DNA from: Eledone cirrhosa
Lineage: Eukaryota
Length of the DNA stretch: 64,000 nt
NCBI GenBank assembly: GCA_964016885.1
Contig: OZ024743.1
Span: 243,164,001 to 243,228,000, forward strand
Reading direction: 5' to 3'
A program made the position numbers and the translations under genes. Shown one piece after another: positions 15,301-28,653 of the stretch (the first letter of the stretch is position 1; every line of letters starts with the position of its first letter). The notes under the pieces were generated by a model, which saw only the letters and a program-made list of their open reading frames with translations, was not told the DNA's origin and searched no databases.

Positions 15301-18300
15301 GTAGTAGACACAGCTGTACCAACCAAAATGGTTTGGTATAATTGTAGTAGACACAGAACTGTACCAACCAAAATGGTTTGGTATAATTGTAGTAGCCACA
15401 GCTGTACCAACCAAAATGGTTTGGTATAATTGTAGTAGCCACAGCTGTACCAACCAAAATGATTTGGTATAATTGTAGTGGACACAGCTGTACCAACCAA
15501 AATGGTTTGGTATAATTGTAGTAGACACAGCTGTACCAACCAAAATGGTTTGGTATAATTGTAGTAGACACAGAACTGTACCAACTAAAATGATTTGGTA
15601 TAATTGTAGTGGACACAGAAATGTACAAACCAAAATGGTTTAGTATAATTGTAGTAGACACAGCTGTACCAACCAAAATGGTTTAGTAATATTGTAGTAG
15701 ACACAGCTGTACCAACCAAAATGGTTTGGTATATTTGTGGTAAACACAGTTGTACCAACCAAAATGGTTTGGTATAATATTAATAGCCACAGCTGTACCA
15801 ACTAAAATGCTTTGGTATAATTGTAGTAGACACAGCTGTACCAACCAAAATGGTTTGGTATAATTTTAGTAGCCACAGCTGTACCAACCAAAATGGTTTG
15901 GTATAATTGTAGTAGACATAGCTCTACCAACCAAAATGGTTTTGTATAATTGTAGTAGACACAGAACTGAACCAATCAAAATGGTTTGGTATAATTGTAG
16001 TAGCCACAGCTGTACCAACCAAAATGGTTTGGTATAATTGTAGTAGACACAGCTGTACCAACCAAAATGGTTTTGTATAATTGTAGTAATTACAGCTGTA
16101 CCAACTAAAATGGTTTGGTATAATTTTAGTAGCCACAGCTGTACCTACCAAAATGGTTCGGTATAATTGTAGTAGATACAGCTGTACCAACCAAAATGGA
16201 TTGGTATAATTGTAGTAGACACAGAACTGTACCAACCAAAATGGTTTGGTATAATTGTAGTAGCCACAGCTGTACCAGCCAAAATGGTTTAGTGTAATTG
16301 TAGTGGACACAGCTGTACCAACCAAAATGGTTTGGTATAATTGTAGTAGACACAGCTGTACCAACCAAAATGGTTTGGTATAATTTTAGTAGCCACAGCT
16401 GTACCAACTAAAATGCTTTGGTATAATTGTAGTAGACACAGCTGTACCAACCAAAATGTTTTGGTATAATTGTAGTAGACACAGCTGTACCAACTAAAAT
16501 GGTTTGGTATAATTTTAGTAGCCACAGCTGTACCAACCAAAATGGTTTGGTATAATTGTAGTAGACACAGCTGTACCAACCAAAATGGTTTGGTATAATT
16601 GTAGTAGCCACAGCTGTACCAACCAAAATGGTTTGGTATAATTGTAGTAGACACAGCTGTACCAACCAAAATGGTTTGGTATAATTGTAGTAGACACAAG
16701 GCACTGTATCAACCAAAATGGTTTGATATAATTGTAATAGACACAGCTGTACCAACCAAAATGGTTTAGTAATATTGTAGTAGACACAGAACTGTACCAA
16801 CTAAAATGATTTGGTATAATTGTAGTAGACACAGAACTGTACCAACCAAAATGATTTGGTATAATTGTAGTAGACACAGCTGTACCAACCAAAATGGTTT
16901 TTGTATAATTTTAGTAGCCACAGCTGTACCAACCAAAATGTTTTGGTATAATTGTAGTAGACACAGCTGTACCAACCAAAATGGTTTGGTATAATTGTAG
17001 TAGACACAGAACTGTACCAACCAAAATGGTTTGGTATAATTGTAGTAGCCACAGCTGTACCAACCAAAATGGTTTGGTATAATTGTAGTAGACACAGCTG
17101 TACCAACCAAAATGGTTTGGTATAATTTTAGTAGACAGCTGTACCAACCAAAATGGTTTGGTATATTTGTAGTTGACACAGCTATACCAACCAAGATGGT
17201 TTGGTATAATTGTAGTAGACACAGCTGTACCAACCAAAATGGTTTGCTATAATTGTAGTAGACACAGCTGTACCAACCAAAATGGTTTGGTATAATTTTA
17301 GTAGCCACAGCTGTAACAACCAAAATGGTTTGGTATAATTGTTGTAGACACAGCTGTACCAACCAAAATGGTTTGGTATAATTGTAGTAGACACAGCTGT
17401 ACCAACTAAAATGGTGTGGTATAATTTTAGTAGCCACAGCTGTACCAACCAAAATGGTTTGGTATAATTGTAGTAGCCACAGCTGTACCAACGAAAATGG
17501 TTTGGTATAATTGTAGTAGACACACCAGTACCAACGAAAATGGTTTGGTATAATTGTAGTAGCCACAGCTGTAACAACCAAAATGGTTTGGTATAATTGT
17601 AGTAGACACAGAACTGTACCAACTAAAATGATTTGGTATAATTGTAGTAGACACAGAAATATACCAACCAAAATGGTTTGGTATAATTGTAGTAGACACA
17701 GCTGTACCAACCAAAATGGTTTAGTAATATTGTAGTAGACACAGCTGTACCAACCAAAATGGTTTGGTATAATTGTAGTAGACACAGCTGTACCAACTAA
17801 AATGGTGTGGTATAATTTTAGTAGCCACAGCTGTACCAACCAAGATGGTTTGGTATAATTGTCGTAGCCACAGCTGTACCAACCAAAATGGTTTGGTATA
17901 ATTGTAGTAGACACAGCTGTACCAACCAAAATGGTTTGTTATAATTGTAGTATACACAAGGCACTGTATCAACCAAAATGGTTTGGTATAATTGTAGTAG
18001 ACACAGCTGTACCAACCAAAATGGTTTAGTAATATTGTAGTAGACACAGAACTGTACCAACTAAAATGATTTGGTATAATTGTAGTAGACACAGAACTGT
18101 ACCAACCAAAATGATTTGGTATAATTGTAGTAGACACAGCTGTACCAACCAAAATGGTTTAGTAATATTGTAGTAGACACAGCTGTACCAACCAAAATGG
18201 TTTGGTATAATTTTAGTAGCCACAGCTGTACCAACTAAAATGCTTTGTTATAATTGTAGTAGACACAGCTGTACCAACCAAAATGGTTTGGTATAATTGT

Positions 18301-21300
18301 AGTAGACACAGCTGTACCAAATAAAATGGTTTGGTATAATTGTAGTAGCCACAGCTGTACCAACCAAAATGGTTTGGTATAATTGTAGTAGCCACAGCTG
18401 TACCAGCCAAAATGGTTTAGTGTAATTGTAGTGGACACAGCTGTACCAACCAAAATGGTTTGGTATAATTGTAGTAGACACAGCTGTACAAACCAAAATG
18501 GTTTTGTATAATTTTAGTAGCCACAGCTGTACCAACTAAAATGCTTTGGTATAATTGTAGTAGACACAGCTGTACCAACCAAAATGTGTTGGTATAATTG
18601 TAGTAGACACAGCTGTACCAACTAAAATGGTTTGGTATAATTTTAGTAGCCACAGCTGTACCAACCAAAATGGTTTGGTATAATTGTAGTAGACACAGCT
18701 GTACCAACCAAAATGGTTTGGTATAATTGTAGTAGCCACAGCTGTACCAACCAAAATGGTTTGGTATAATTGTAGTAGACACAGCTGTACCAACCAAAAT
18801 GGTTTGGTATAATTGTAGTAGACACAAGGCACTGTATCAACCAAAATGGTTTGATATAATTGTAATAGACACAGCTGTACCAACCAAAATGGTTTAGTAA
18901 TATTGTAGTAGACACAGAACTGTACCAACTAAAATGATTTGGTATAATTGTACTAGACACAGAACTGTACCAACCAAAATGATTTGGTATAATTGTAGTA
19001 GACACAGCTGTACCAACCAAAATGGTTTTTGTATAATTTTAGTAGCCACAGCTGTACCAACCAAAATGTTTTGGTATAATTGTAGTAGACACAGCTGTAC
19101 CAACCAAAATGGTTTGGTATAATTGTAGTAGACCCAGAACTGTACCAACCAAAATGGTTTGGTATAATTGTAGTAGCCACAGCTGTACCAACCAAAATGG
19201 TTTGGTATAATTGTAGTAGACACAGCTGTACCAACCAAAATGGTTTGGTATAATTTTAGTAGACAGCTGTACCAACCAAAATGGTTTGGTATATTTGTAG
19301 TTGACACAGCTATACCAACCAAGATGGTTTGGTATAATTGTAGTAGACACAGCTGTACCAACCAAAATGGTTTGCTATAATTGTAGTAGACACAGCTGTA
19401 CCAACCAAAATGGTTTGGTATAATTTTAGTAGCCACAGCTGTAACAACCAAAATGGTTTGGTATAATTGTTGTAGACACAGCTGTACCAACCAAAATGGT
19501 TTGGTATAATTGTAGTAGACACAGCTGTACCAACTAAAATGGTGTGGTATAATTTTAGTAGCCACAGCTGTACCAACCAAAATGGTTTGGTATAATTGTA
19601 GTAGCCACAGCTGTACCAACGAAAATGGTTTGGTATAATTGTAGTAGACACACCAGTACCAACCAAAATGGTTTGGTATAATTGTAGTAGCCACAGCTGT
19701 AACAACCAAAATGGTTTGGTATAATTGTAGTAGACACAGCTGTACCAACCAAAATGGTTTAGTAATATTGTAGTAGACACAGAACTGTACCAACTAAAAT
19801 GATTTGGTATAATTGTAGTAGACACAGAAATATACCAACCAAAATGGTTTGGTATAATTGTAGTAGACACAGCTGTACCAACCAAAATGGTTTGGTATAA
19901 TTGTAGTAGACACAGAACTGTACCAACCAAAATGGTTTGGTATAATTGTAGTAGCCACAGCTGTACCAACCAAAATGGTTTAGTATAATTATAGTGGACA
20001 CAGCTGTACCAACCAAAATGGTTTGGTATAATTGTAGTAGACACAGCTGTACCAACCAAAATGGTTTGGTATAATTGTAGTAGCCACAGCTGTACCAACC
20101 AAAATGGTTTGGTATAATTGTAGTAGACACAGCTGTACCAACCAAAATGATTTGGTATGATTGTAGTAGACACAGCTGTACCAACCAAAATGGTTTGGTA
20201 TAAATGTAGTAGACACAAGGCACTGTATCAACCAAAATGGTTTGGTATAATTGTAGTAGACACAGTTGTACCAACCAAAATGGTTTAGTAATATTGTAGT
20301 AGACACAGAACTGTACCAACTAAAATGATTTGGTATAATTGTAGTAGACACAGAACTGTACCAACCAAAATGATTTGGTATAATTGTAGTAGACACAGCT
20401 GTACCAACCAAAATGGTTTAGTAATATTGTAGTAGACACAGAACTGTACGAACCAAAATGGTTTGGTATAAATGTAGTAAACACAGCTGTACCAACCAAA
20501 ATGGTTTGGAATAATTGTAGTAGACACAGCTGTACCAACCAAAATGGGTTGGTATAATTGTAGTAGACACAGCTGTACCAACTAAAATGGTTTGGTATAA
20601 TTTTAGTAGCCACAGCTGTACCAACCAAAATGGTTTGGTATAATTGTAGTAGACACAGCTGTACCAACCAAAATGGTTTGGTATAATTGTAGTAGCCACA
20701 GCTGTACCAACCAAAATGGTTTGGTATAATTGTAGTAGACACAGCTGTACCAACCAAAATGGTTTGGTATAATTGTAGTAGACACAAGGCACTGTATCAA
20801 CCAAAATGGTTTGATATAATTGTAATAGACACAGCTGTACCAACCAAAATGGTTTAGTAATATTGTAGTAGACACAGAACTGTACCAACTAAAATGATTT
20901 GGTATAATTGTACTAGACACAGAACTGTACCAACCAAAATGATTTGGTATAATTGTAGTAGACACAGCTGTACCAACCAAAATGGTTTTTGTATAATTTT
21001 AGTAGCCACAGCTGTACCAACCAAAATGTTTTGGTATAATTGTAGTAGACACAGCTGTACCAACCAAAATGGTTTGGTATAATTGTAGTAGACCCAGAAC
21101 TGTACCAACCAAAATGGTTTGGTATAATTGTAGTAGCCACAGCTGTACCAACCAAAATGGTTTGGTATAATTGTAGTAGACACAGCTGTACCAACCAAAA
21201 TGGTTTGGTATAATTTTAGTAGACAGCTGTACCAACCAAAATGGTTTGGTATATTTGTAGTTGACACAGCTATACCAACCAAGATGGTTTGGTATAATTG

Positions 21301-24300
21301 TAGTAGACACAGCTGTACCAACCAAAATGGTTTGCTATAATTGTAGTAGACACAGCTGTACCAACCAAAATGGTTTGGTATAATTTTAGTAGCCACAGCT
21401 GTAACAACCAAAATGGTTTGGTATAATTGTTGTAGACACAGCTGTACCAACCAAAATGGTTTGGTATAATTGTAGTAGACACAGCTGTACCAACTAAAAT
21501 GGTGTGGTATAATTTTAGTAGCCACAGCTGTACCAACCAAAATGGTTTGGTATAATTGTAGTAGCCACAGCTGTACCAACGAAAATGGTTTGGTATAATT
21601 GTAGTAGACACACCAGTACCAACCAAAATGGTTTGGTATAATTGTAGTAGCCACAGCTGTAACAACCAAAATGGTTTGGTATAATTGTAGTAGACACAGC
21701 TGTACCAACCAAAATGGTTTAGTAATATTGTAGTAGACACAGAACTGTACCAACTAAAATGATTTGGTATAATTGTAGTAGACACAGAAATATACCAACC
21801 AAAATGGTTTGGTATAATTGTAGTAGACACAGCTGTACCAACCAAAATGGTTTGGTATAATTGTAGTAGACACAGAACTGTACCAACCAAAATGGTTTGG
21901 TATAATTGTAGTAGCCACAGCTGTACCAACCAAAATGGTTTAGTATAATTATAGTGGACACAGCTGTACCAACCAAAATGGTTTGGTATAATTGTAGTAG
22001 ACACAGCTGTACCAACCAAAATGGTTTGGTATAATTTTAGTAGCCACAGCTGTACCAACTAAAATGGTGTGGTATAATTCTAGTAGACACAGCTGTACCA
22101 ACCAAAATGGTTTGGTATAATTGTAGTAGACACAGCTGTACCAACTAAAATGGTTTGGTATAATTTTAGTAGACACAGCTGTACCAACCAAAATGGTTTG
22201 GTATAATTGTAGTAGCCACAGCTGTACCAACCAAAATGGTTTGGTATAATTGTAGTAGACACAGCTGTACCAACCAAAATGATTTGGTATGATTGTAGTA
22301 GACACAGCTGTACCAACCAAAATGGTTTGGTATAAATGTAGTAGACACAAGGCACTGTATCAACCAAAATGGTTTGGTATAATTGTAGTAGACACAGTTG
22401 TACCAACCAAAATGGTTTAGTAATATTGTAGTAGACACAGAACTGTACCAACTAAAATGATTTGGTATAATTGTAGTAGACACAGAACTGTACCAACCAA
22501 AATGATTTGGTATAATTGTAGTAGACACAGCTGTACCAACCAAAATGGTTTAGTAATATTGTAGTAGACACAGAACTGTACGAACCAAAATGGTTTGGTA
22601 TAAATGTAGTAAACACAGCTGTACCAACCAAAATGGTTTGGAATAATTGTAGTAGACACAGCTGTACCAACCAAAATGGGTTGGTATAATTGTAGTAGAC
22701 ACAGCTGTACCAACCAAAATGGTTTGGTATAATTGTAGTAGACACAGCTGTACCAACTAAAATGGTTTGGTATAATTTTAGTAGCCACAGCTGTACCAAC
22801 TAAAATGCTTTGGTATAATTGTAGTAGACACAGCTGTACCAACCAAAATGGTTTGGAATAATTGTAGTAGACACAGCTGTACCAACCAAAATGGGTTGGT
22901 ATAATTGTAGTAGACACAGCTGTACCAACCAAAATGGTTTGGTATAATTGTAGTAGCCACAGCTGTACCAACCAAAATGGTTTGGTATAATTGTAGTAGC
23001 CACAGCTGTACCAACCAAAATGGTTTGGTATAATTGTAGTAGACACAGAACTGAACCAATCAAGATGGTTTGGTAAAATTGTAGTAGCCACAGCTGTACC
23101 AACCAAAATGGTTTGGTATAATTGTAGTAGACACAGCTGTACCAACCGAAATGGTTTTGTATAATTGTAGTAATTACAGCTGTACCAACTAAAATGGTTT
23201 GGTAAAATTTTAGTAGCCACAGCTGTACCAACCAAAATGGTTTGGTATAATTGTAGTAGACACAGCTGTACCAACCAAAATGGATTGGTATAATTGTTGT
23301 AGACACAGAACTGTACCAACCAAAATGGTTTGGTATAATTGTAGTAGACACAGCTGTACCAACCAAAATGGTTTAGTATAATTGTAGTGGACACAGCTGT
23401 ACCAACCAAAATGGTTTGGTATAATTTTAGTAGCCACAGCTGTACCAACTAAAATGCTTTGGTATAATTGTAGTAGACACAGCTGTACCAACCAAAATGG
23501 TTTGGTATAATTGTAGTAGACACAGCTGTACCAACTAAAATGGTTTGGTATAATTGTAGTAGACACAGCTGTACCAACCAAAATGGTTCGGTATAATTGT
23601 AGTAGCCACAGCTGTACCAACCAAAATGGTTTGGTATAATTGTAGTAGACACAGCTGTACCAACCAAAATGGTTTAGTATAATTGTAGTAGCCACAGCTG
23701 TACCAACCAAAATGGTTTGGTATAATTGTAGTAGACGCAGCTGTACCAACCAAAATGGTTTGGTATAATTGTAGTAGACACAGCTGTACCAACCAAAATG
23801 GTTTGGTATAATTGTAGTAGACACAGCTCTACCAACCAAAATGGTTTGGTATAATTGTAGTAGAAACAAGGCACTGTATCAACCAAAATGGTTTGGTATA
23901 ATTGTAGTAGACACAGCTGTACCAACCAAAATGATTTGGTATAATTATAGTAGACACAGAACTGTACCAACCAAAATGATTTGGTATAATTGTAGTAGAC
24001 ACAGCTGTACCAACCAAAATGGTTTAGTAATATTGTAGTAGAGACAGAACTGCACCAACCAAAATGGTTTGTTATAATTGTAGTAGACACAGCTGTACCA
24101 ACCAAAATGGTTTGGTATAATTTTAGTAGCCACAGCTGTACCAACCAAAATGTTTTGGTATAATTGTAGTAGACACAGCTGTACCAACCAAAATGGTTTG
24201 GTATAATTGTAGTAGACACAGAACTGTACCAACCAAAATGGTTTGGTATAATTGTAGTAGCCACAGCTGTACCAACCAAAATGGTTTGGTATAATTGTAG

Positions 24301-27256
24301 TAGCCACAGCTGTACCAACCAAAATGATTTGGTATAATTGTAGTGGACACAGCTGTACCAACCAAAATGGTTTGGTATAATTGTAGTAGACACAGCTGTA
24401 CCAACCAAAATGGTTTGGTATAATTGTAGTAGACACAGAACTGTACCAACTAAAATGATTTGGTATAATTGTAGTGGACACAGAAATGTACAAACCAAAA
24501 TGGTTTAGTATAATTGTAGTAGACACAGCTGTACCAACCAAAATGGTTTAGTAATATTGTAGTAGACACAGCTGTACCAACCAAAATGGTTTGGTATATT
24601 TGTGGTAAACACAGTTGTACCAACCAAAATGGTTTGGTATAATATTAATAGCCACAGCTGTACCAACTAAAATGCTTTGGTATAATTGTAGTAGACACAG
24701 CTGTACCAACCAAAATGGTTTGGTATAATTTTAGTAGCCACAGCTGTACCAACCAAAATGGTTTGGTATAATTGTAGTAGACATAGCTCTACCAACCAAA
24801 ATGGTTTTGTATAATTGTAGTAGACACAGAACTGAACCAATCAAAATGGTTTGGTATAATTGTAGTAGCCACAGCTGTACCAACCAAAATGGTTTGGTAT
24901 AATTGTAGTAGACACAGCTGTACCAACCAAAATGGTTTTGTATAATTGTAGTAATTACAGCTGTACCAACTAAAATGGTTTGGTATAATTTTAGTAGCCA
25001 CAGCTGTACCTACCAAAATGGTTCGGTATAATTGTAGTAGATACAGCTGTACCAACCAAAATGGATTGGTATAATTGTAGTAGACACAGAACTGTACCAA
25101 CCAAAATGGTTTGGTATAATTGTAGTAGCCACAGCTGTACCAGCCAAAATGGTTTAGTGTAATTGTAGTGGACACAGCTGTACCAACCAAAATGGTTTGG
25201 TATAATTGTAGTAGACACAGCTGTACCAACCAAAATGGTTTGGTATAATTTTAGTAGCCACAGCTGTACCAACTAAAATGCTTTGGTATAATTGTAGTAG
25301 ACACAGCTGTACCAACCAAAATGTTTTGGTATAATTGTAGTAGACACAGCTGTACCAACTAAAATGGTTTGGTATAATTTTAGTAGCCACAGCTGTACCA
25401 ACCAAAATGGTTTGGTATAATTGTAGTAGACACAGCTGTACCAACCAAAATGGTTTGGTATAATTGTAGTAGCCACAGCTGTACCAACCAAAATGGTTTG
25501 GTATAATTGTAGTAGACACAGCTGTACCAACCAAAATGGTTTGGTATAATTGTAGTAGACACAAGGCACTGTATCAACCAAAATGGTTTGATATAATTGT
25601 AATAGACACAGCTGTACCAACCAAAATGGTTTAGTAATATTGTAGTAGACACAGAACTGTACCAACTAAAATGATTTGGTATAATTGTAGTAGACACAGA
25701 ACTGTACCAACCAAAATGATTTGGTATAATTGTAGTAGACACAGCTGTACCAACCAAAATGGTTTTTGTATAATTTTAGTAGCCACAGCTGTACCAACCA
25801 AAATGTTTTGGTATAATTGTAGTAGACACAGCTGTACCAACCAAAATGGTTTGGTATAATTGTAGTAGACACAGAACTGTACCAACCAAAATGGTTTGGT
25901 ATAATTGTAGTAGCCACAGCTGTACCAACCAAAATGGTTTGGTATAATTGTAGTAGACACAGCTGTACCAACCAAAATGGTTTGGTATAATTTTAGTAGA
26001 CAGCTGTACCAACCAAAATGGTTTGGTATATTTGTAGTTGACACAGCTATACCAACCAAGATGGTTTGGTATAATTGTAGTAGACACAGCTGTACCAACC
26101 AAAATGGTTTGCTATAATTGTAGTAGACACAGCTGTACCAACCAAAATGGTTTGGTATAATTTTAGTAGCCACAGCTGTAACAACCAAAATGGTTTGGTA
26201 TAATTGTTGTAGACACAGCTGTACCAACCAAAATGGTTTGGTATAATTGTAGTAGACACAGCTGTACCAACTAAAATGGTGTGGTATAATTTTAGTAGCC
26301 ACAGCTGTACCAACCAAAATGGTTTGGTATAATTGTAGTAGCCACAGCTGTACCAACGAAAATGGTTTGGTATAATTGTAGTAGACACACCAGTACCAAC
26401 GAAAATGGTTTGGTATAATTGTAGTAGCCACAGCTGTAACAACCAAAATGGTTTGGTATAATTGTAGTAGACACAGAACTGTACCAACTAAAATGATTTG
26501 GTATAATTGTAGTAGACACAGAAATATACCAACCAAAATGGTTTGGTATAATTGTAGTAGACACAGCTGTACCAACCAAAATGGTTTAGTAATATTGTAG
26601 TAGACACAGCTGTACCAACCAAAATGGTTTGGTATAATTGTAGTAGACACAGCTGTACCAACTAAAATGGTGTGGTATAATTTTAGTAGCCACAGCTGTA
26701 CCAACCAAGATGGTTTGGTATAATTGTCGTAGCCACAGCTGTACCAACCAAAATGGTTTGGTATAATTGTAGTAGACACAGCTGTACCAACCAAAATGGT
26801 TTGTTATAATTGTAGTATACACAAGGCACTGTATCAACCAAAATGGTTTGGTATAATTGTAGTAGACACAGCTGTACCAACCAAAATGGTTTAGTAATAT
26901 TGTAGTAGACACAGAACTGTACCAACTAAAATGATTTGGTATAATTGTAGTAGACACAGAACTGTACCAACCAAAATGATTTGGTATAATTGTAGTAGAC
27001 ACAGCTGTACCAACCAAAATGGTTTAGTAATATTGTAGTAGACACAGCTGTACCAACCAAAATGGTTTGGTATAATTTTAGTAGCCACAGCTGTACCAAC
27101 TAAAATGCTTTGTTATAATTGTAGTAGACACAGCTGTACCAACCAAAATGGTTTGGTATAATTGTAGTAGACACAGCTGTACCAAATAAAATGGTTTGGT
27201 ATAATTGTAGTAGCCACAGCTGTACCAACCAAAATGGTTTGGTATAATTGTAGTAG
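9319..27256. repeat. Large near-identical tandem duplication, copy A ~9319-18391 and copy B ~18356-27256 (offset 9037, then 8865 after a 172-bp deletion in B)
   Basis: Identical ORF translations at offset 9037 (9380/18417, 9857/18894) and at 8865 (11989/20854, 13552/22417, 14809/23674, 16766/25631, 18026/26891). The four monomers at ~11035-11206 are absent from B near 20075. Confidence 0.93.
9552..13849. repeat. Near-identical tandem duplication, period 2132 bp (49 monomers)
   Basis: ORFs 9857..10756 and 11989..12888, 10273..11061 and 12405..13193, and 11169..11546 and 13301..13678 have identical translations at offset 2132. Shared private variants include TGTACTAG, GACCCAG, CACACCAGTACC and TTCTAGTAG. 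Confidence 0.93.
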
Positions 27257-28653
27257 ACACAGCTGTACCAACCAAAATGGTTTGGTATAATTGTAGTAGA
27301 CACAGAACTGTACCAAACAAAATGGTTTGGTATAATTGTAGTAGCCACAGCTGTACCAACCAAAATGGTTTGGTATACTTGTAGTAGACACAGCTGTACC
27401 AACCAAAATGGTTTGGTATAATTGTAGTAGACACAGAACTGTACCAACCAAAATGGTTTGGTATAATTGTAGTAGCCACAGTTGTACCAACCAAAATGGT
27501 TTGGTATAATTGTAGTAGACACAGCTGTACCAACCAAAATGGTTTGGTATAATTGTAGTAGACACAGCTGTACAAACCAAAATGGTTTGGTATAATTGTA
27601 GTAGACACAGCTGTACCAACTAAAATTGTGTGGTATAAATTTAGTAGCCACAGCTGTACCATCCAAAATGGTTTGGTATAATCGTAGTAGCCACAGCTGT
27701 ACCAACCAAAATGGTTTGGTATAATTGTAGTAGACACAGCTGTACCAACCAAAATGGTTTGGTATAATTGTAGTAGCCACAGCTGTACCAACCAAAATGG
27801 TTTGGTATAATTGTAGTAGACACAGCTGAGCCAACCAAAATGGTTTGGTATAATTGTAGTAGACACAGCTGTACCAACCAAAATGGTTTGGTATAATTGT
27901 AGTAGACACAAGGCACTGTATCAACCAAAATGGTTTGGTATAATTGTAGTAGACACAGCTGTACCAACCAAAATGGTTTAGTAATATTGTAGTAGACACA
28001 GAACTGTACCAACTAAAATGATTTGGTATAATTGTAGTAGACACAGAACTGTACCAACCAAAATGGTTTGGTATAATTGTAGTAGACACAGCTGTACCAG
28101 CCAAAATGGTCTGGTATAATCGTAGTAGACACAGCTGTACCAACCAGAATGGTTTGGTATAATTGTAGTAGACACAGCTGTACCAACCAAAATGGTTTGG
28201 TATAATTGTAGTAGACACAGCTGTACCAACCAAAATGGTTTGGTATAATTTTAGTAGCCACAGCTGTACCAACTAAAATGCTTTGGTATAATTGTAGTAG
28301 ACACAGCTGTACCAACCAAAATGGTTTGGTATAATTGTAGTAGACACAGCTGTACCAACTAAAATGCTTTGGTATAATTGTAGTAGACACAGCTGTACCA
28401 ACCAAAATGGTTTGGTATAATTGTAGTAGACACAGCTGTACCAACCAAAATGGTTTGGTATAATTGTAGTAGCCACAGCTGTAACCAACCAAAATGGTTT
28501 GGTATAATTGTAGTAGCCACAGCTGTACCAACGAAAATGGTTTGGTATAATTGTAGTAGACACAACTGTACCAACCAAAATGGTTTGGTATAATTTTAGT
28601 AGACACAGCTGTACCAACCAAAATGGTTTTGTATAATTGTAGTAGACACAGAA

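Larger units (their letters stand above)
1400..17700. repeat. Older higher-order periodicity of ~4.7-4.9 kb (appears as ~6.9-7.0 kb offsets where the 2132-bp duplication intervenes)
   Basis: ORF offsets: 1533 to 6261 = 4728; 6261 to 11169 = 4908; 6261 to 13301 = 7040 (4908+2132); 7391 to 14345 = 6954; 9380 to 16289 = 6909. The copies differ by scattered SNPs and whole-monomer indels. Confidence 0.75.

Noticed and set aside
3814-25859. Short plus-strand ORFs (60-65 aa, e.g. 8022..8219, 9897..10085, 16806..16994)
   Set aside because: They are chance read-through where 45/47-bp or indel monomers skip the stop-containing frames, and they recur only because the blocks are duplicated.
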